A stretch of 63,718 bases of DNA, counting the filler, from Olpidium bornovanus S191 (taxonomy: Eukaryota; Fungi; Olpidiomycota), in NCBI GenBank assembly GCA_017911155.1. It is 25 parts of 25 records of this genome, joined end to end, with 100 filler letters (N's around TTAATTAATTAA, not from the genome) between each part and the next. Parts side by side here need not be neighbours in the genome. Positions count along the whole stretch, not along the records: positions 58,077 to 61,796 come from JAEFCI010007519.1; positions 61,897 to 63,718 come from JAEFCI010000257.1; 23 more parts are not named here. One strand, written 5' to 3'. Position 1 is the first letter of the stretch. The number at the start of each line of letters is the position of its first letter. Below the pieces are notes generated by a model. That model was not told where the DNA came from, did no database searches, and was given only the letters and a program-made list of their open reading frames with translations. Of this stretch, positions 59,030 to 63,718 are shown one piece after another. A program made the position numbers and the translations under genes.

Positions 59030-60828
59030 CCCTTCCGTTCGGTCCACGGTCGGAAAGGATCTTCCCAAGTCGTTCAAGACGCCTTCTGGCGCAGAGATCT
59101 CAGGTACGAGTCGGCTCCAGATCGTGCTCGCGGAGCGAACCGGGGATCTCGCTGTTCTTGAATTCGGGCTGACCCCCCGTCGCCTCCGGATAATCACTAT
59201 AATATATACTATTGTATGCATTACTTGACCGTCCGGAACAGCTATCGGCCTGGGAACGTGGCAGTCGAAACCTGACGAGACCGCGGAAGCCGTCAAGCTT
59301 GCTCTCCATGCCGGCTACCGGCACATCGACAACGCCCCCGGCTGTGAGTTGACTGAGCCTGATTGACCGGTTTGTCTTGTTGCGCTCGGAGCAGATCAGT
59401 GGGACGGGTGCTAACTCTAACTGCGAGTGCACAGACGGCAACGAAGCAGCGGTCGGCCAGGGAATTCGCGCGTCCGGGGTCCCGCGAGAACAGATCTGGG
59501 TTACCTCCAAGGTACTGCGGAAGATTTTTTTATTTGCGTTTATACGGCTGCTACTAAACCGTGAAGTGCGCGCCGGCAATTTGTCGTTACAGCTTTGGTG
59601 TGATAAGCACGTAAGGCCGCAATCCTATCCGGAACGCGTCGTGCGCCGGCCAGGACGCTATAGGTTTCCTCACACCTCGATTCCAGCATCCGTCCCGCGT
59701 CAAACCCGCTCTGCAACAGACGTTGGAGAACCTCGGTCTCAGGTGTGAAATCTCGCACGGGGAAAAGTCTGCAACAGACGTCTTTCGAACATCGATCCGG
59801 GCCTTGACTTCCCTTCCGCGCGCGCTCCAGTTACGTCGACCTCTACTTGATCCACTGGCCCCTGGCCTTTGCACCTAGCGATGAACCATTTGGCATCCGT
59901 GATAAGGACAACAGAGTCATTCTCGAAGCGGGCGTCACCATTGAGGACACTTGGAAGGCTATGGAGGGACTTGTGGATGACGGGTTGGCCAAAAATATTG
60001 GCGTCAGCAATTTTAACATTGAAAACCTGAAACGTGTGTTGAAGGTCGCCAAGAAGCCTATCACGACCAACCAAATCGAAGTGCATCCCTACCTACCCCA
60101 GGAAGAGTTGATTAGCTTCTGCAAGGATCATAACATTCTGGTTAGGATTTATAATTTGCGTTAGTTTTGGAAATAAACGTCACTCCGCGGCACCACGAAC
60201 ATTTGAGGAGAAACAGGCAAGTGACATCCTATTCTGCTTCCCAGGTCACGGCCTATGCCCCTCTCGGCGGCCCCGCAAACTGGAGATCGATCCAAGCTTC
60301 GATTCCTCGCGTCGAATCGACTGACCCGAACCAGCTTAAAGACGCGACAGCCGCTCTCGGCGCCCCCAGCGACCAGGGCCTGATCAAAAATAAGACGGTC
60401 TGCGTCGCAGCCTTTACCGCGATGTCCTCGTGAAATGGACTACGTACGTTTACGCTCCCAGTCAAAACGCAGGTCCTTGAGATCGCCGAAAAGAACATGC
60501 TTGATGCCGGCCAGGTACTCCTTAGCTGGGCAATCCAGCGGGGGACAGTTCGTGAGTTTAGACAGCAAGTTTGAACTTTTCGGCCGCTGGTAACGGTGAA
60601 TCGGACCGTTGGCTGCGCCCGCGCTTCCGAGGTCATCCCAAATGACTTGCGCCTGCGCTGTGTTTTTCAGCGGTCGCCAAATCGACCAGCCCGGAGCGCA
60701 TCAAGTCCAACTTGAACGTCAAGCCACTCCCGGCCGCGGACGTTCATAAGTTGGACGAGCTCCATAAGACAGCAGGCGTCCACCGGATCTACGATTCAGC
60801 AGTGTTTTGGGGCCATCAAGTGTTTTGA
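59030..60828 (+). CDS. Aldo-keto reductase (Gcy1/Ypr1-like), multi-exon
   Basis: IGLGTWQS...[89 protein letters not shown]; stop at 60826-60828; start approximate. Confidence 0.95.
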
Positions 60829-61896
60829 GGCGCCGTCTAGTAAACGCCCACCCCTCCCCCCTTTCTCCTCCCCGCCGCCCATTTTTTCCTTTCCGGTCTC
60901 ACAAACACGTCCCCCGCCCGCAGGCGGCCAGACAACAACGCTCAATATTGCTCGACGTTTTTTTTTGTTTTTGTTTTTTTGGGAGGGGGAAGGGGTTGGA
61001 ATTTCCTGCGGTCCACGCCTTTTTTTTTTTTCGTCCCGTCTCGCACGGAGGTGGGACCCCCTCTTACGCACTACCAACGTGCACTTTTTTCTTCACGACC
61101 AGAAAAAAAAAACCAACGTGCCGCGGAGCCGGTTTGCACTGTGTAGACCGCGTGACACCGTTCGTGCGGGCCTTTTCGCGTCCATTTTTCGGCCGAAATT
61201 CCGTCAGACCCAAAATCTTTACGGTTCGGAAATGAAAACTGAAAGCCGACTTGCGCGACAGACCTGAGCCGCTCCCCGAAGAGTTAGGGGGGGAGGTTTT
61301 TTTAGTAGAACAAATCAAAACATAGGCACGGCAAGGATGGTCTAGTCTAACTCAACAGGATGATTTTGAGAAGGCCCCGACTTCGTCGGGAAGCTCTGCG
61401 GAAGATTGACCATGATACGGCGAGAACGACAGGGACGAATACGCAGCCTTTAGCACCCCTCCTGCCCAGATGGTTTACACGTTTAGACTACGGACCGACC
61501 AATGAGGACCACGCAAGGCCTTCTTCCCCTTTCACACTTTTGTACGCTACCGCTCCACCACGTTACGGACTGTTTTTGCGCAGTGAGCGCGCGAAGAGAG
61601 AGAAAGAAGATCCAGGCTGCTGCTGCGTAGTTTCCGTCCCTGTCGGGGGCCTCGCCGTATCCCGGGTCCCCGCGCTCGCCGCGCTCGCCCGACCTCTCCC
61701 CCCACGCCCCCCCCCCCCCCCCCACCACCCCCCCCCCCCCCACCCCCCCGCCCCCCCCCCCCCCCCCCCCCCCCGCCCCCCCCCCGCGGCCCGCCCNNNN
61801 NNNNNNNNNNNNNNNNNNNNNNNNNNNNNNNNNNNNNNNNTTAATTAATTAANNNNNNNNNNNNNNNNNNNNNNNNNNNNNNNNNNNNNNNNNNNN

Positions 61897-63350
61897 CGAC
61901 GGGCGGCGGGAGTTGCCTGCCGACGGGCGCCGAGGATACCGGTTTCCGAAATGGTCGGCTGACGGGCCGTCAGCCCTACACGAAAAGCGGCGCAGTTTCC
62001 GGTGGCACACCTCCATGGCCTGCAAGAGATGTTCTGCCAAGTCCTCCTTCGCTTGGTAGAAGCACTCCCTCTGGGGGATGATATGGTAATCATGGCCTGC
62101 AGTTTCGACGTATAATCAGCAAGCTCACTACTCGCCAGACACAGCAAGGAGATTCGGGATTGAAGCGCCGAAGGACCCGCAAGGCGCATCAAATCTGCGC
62201 GGAACGAACCTGGGCGACCGTGTGTTGGCAGGTATTTCTCCAGAAGCCCCCTCATCAGTTTGCGGGTGAAGTTGCGCCTGTAGGAGCCTTTGAACACGGA
62301 CTTCGCATTTACGATGAAAATCCTGAAGTCTTTGTCCCTGTTAAGAACGATGCCCATTCTTTCGCCTTTCACATTGGCTAAACAAAGAATAATCGACTCA
62401 GGGCCAATGCCACGAAGAAAGGAAATTTGGAATGCCGCCGACGGAAAACGAACTTCTCACGTCTGGGAATTTCGTCCCAGGGGCGGACGCGGAGGGTGAA
62501 CAGCATCGGGTTCGTGGCCGGGTCAACGCCGTTCTCCTTCGGCTGGGATGTCTTCACTGCGGCGGTAACCCAGTCGTTGCTGAAGCCAAAGAATTTCTCG
62601 ACGTCGTCCCCGTGCGGGGAGACAACCTAGATAATAAAGCGCCGCCTCAAGAATCAGCTACCCGGCGGCAACAGCGTGATACGCCCGGCCTATCGACGGA
62701 ACTTTCGTTTCCCGCCTGGAAGAAGCCAAGCGAACTGGGAAGGAAGTTACCTTGTTCTCCCACTTTGCCTTTACGCGCTCGTCAACTCTGCGCTTTTCAT
62801 CTTCTTTGGTAATCCCAAAAGCCTCCTCCCGGGTGCGAACCCAGCGTTCTTCAAACTCGCGCACAAGCTTGTCGACGTGCGGCGGCGATTTCCACCACGG
62901 CTGGACGGCGCACGGTGGCCGTCTACCCGCCTCGCTGCCGGAATCCCCCTCCTGCCGGCTCTGCGGAACGGGTTCAGGCCCACTCGGGGCATCGCATTTT
63001 GATGGCTGCGTCCGGGGTTCAGATCCCGCGGGCACGCCGAGCGAGACTTCGCGGGATTGCGGAACGGGCGGCAAATTCCTCTGCTGCACCGAAGCATGGC
63101 GGTCCACGAACGAATCCGAAGTCGCAGAACCCGACAGAGGGGTCGGTGGCGGCGGCGTCGGCGTCGGCGGCGGCGGCGGCGGTGTGCCGGCCGGATCAGC
63201 CGGCGACGGGGCAGGTTCCGACGCCCGCTGCGGTTGCGGGCAGCGGCAGAGGCGGGAGACGCCGAAGGAGCGACGGGCAGCAGCAGCCGGGAGGCGCAGT
63301 GGACGGGGGAGGAGGAGCGCAGACGGGGGCGCGGGTGCGCGAACGGGCAT
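61897..63350 (-). CDS. rnpA: Bacterial-type RNase P protein (RnpA)-like protein with mitochondrial-type presequence; 4 exons, 3' truncated
   Basis: Exons 63350-62751, 62626-62461, 62377-62210 and 62096-61897 join in frame through GT-AG introns. They give RIFIVNAKSVFKGSYRRNFTRKLMRGLLEKYLPTHGRPGHDYHIIPQRECFYQAKEDLAEHLLQAM, which aligns with the RnpA beta2 / RNR helix / beta3 / alpha3 core. Confidence 0.7.
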
Positions 63351-63662
63351 GGTCCTCCCGCGGAAAAGGGCGGAGCAGCTTCCGGGAAAGAAGCAATGGC
63401 CCGCGCTGTTTACGGAAGGCTTTCAGTTCGTTCCGTTGTCCAAAACAGAATAAATAATCAATCAAATTGGTTTCCGTGCGCACCCCCCCCCCCCCCCCCC
63501 CCCCCCGCCCCCCATCCCCCGGGGCTTCCAGGTCGCGAAGGATTTCTACCAGCTGGGCGCGTACTCGAGAGCCTTGCTGTGCATGCAGCAATACGTGCGT
63601 GGTGGTTTTCTTTTTTTTTCTTTCTTTTTTTTTTTTTTTTTTTTTCCCCCCCCCCCCCCCCC

Positions 63663-63712
<50 letters not shown>

Positions 63713-63718
63713 ACACCA

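Overview
This window is not one locus. It is 25 short eukaryotic contigs (about 1.3-4.5 kb) joined by 24 artificial 100-bp spacers (N44-TTAATTAATTAA-N44), so adjacency across spacers means nothing and ORFs ending in X-runs or 'LIN' are artefacts. Genes are GC-rich, many have short spliceosomal introns, and they look fungal; an early-diverging lineage is likely but is my inference. Recognisable genes or fragments: LAT amino-acid permease, mito bL19, CYTH/thiamine triphosphatase, NAT10/KRE33, RNF216-like RBR ligase, FEN1, a Vps39/Vps3 C-terminus, ZRSR2-like factor, UTP20, HOM6, SRPRB, cyclin T/K, a TALE homeobox, a RING protein, PPN1, KCS1, an AlkB-like enzyme, F-box/LRR, probable ORC4 5' exon, mito AsnRS, HPC2/UBN-like protein and an aldo-keto reductase. 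Decayed Ty1/copia and Ty3/gypsy pieces, a multi-Myb pseudogene and tandem tRNA-like repeats are also present. Three items stand out: (1) an intron-containing nuclear gene for a bacterial-type RNase P protein (RnpA-like) with a mitochondrial-type presequence; (2) an AT-rich ~650-bp island encoding a decayed large-DNA-virus/phage-type fibre protein; (3) a TALE homeobox that appears to keep both MEIS/PREP-type N-terminal boxes. All calls come from manual translation and remembered motifs; no database searches were run.
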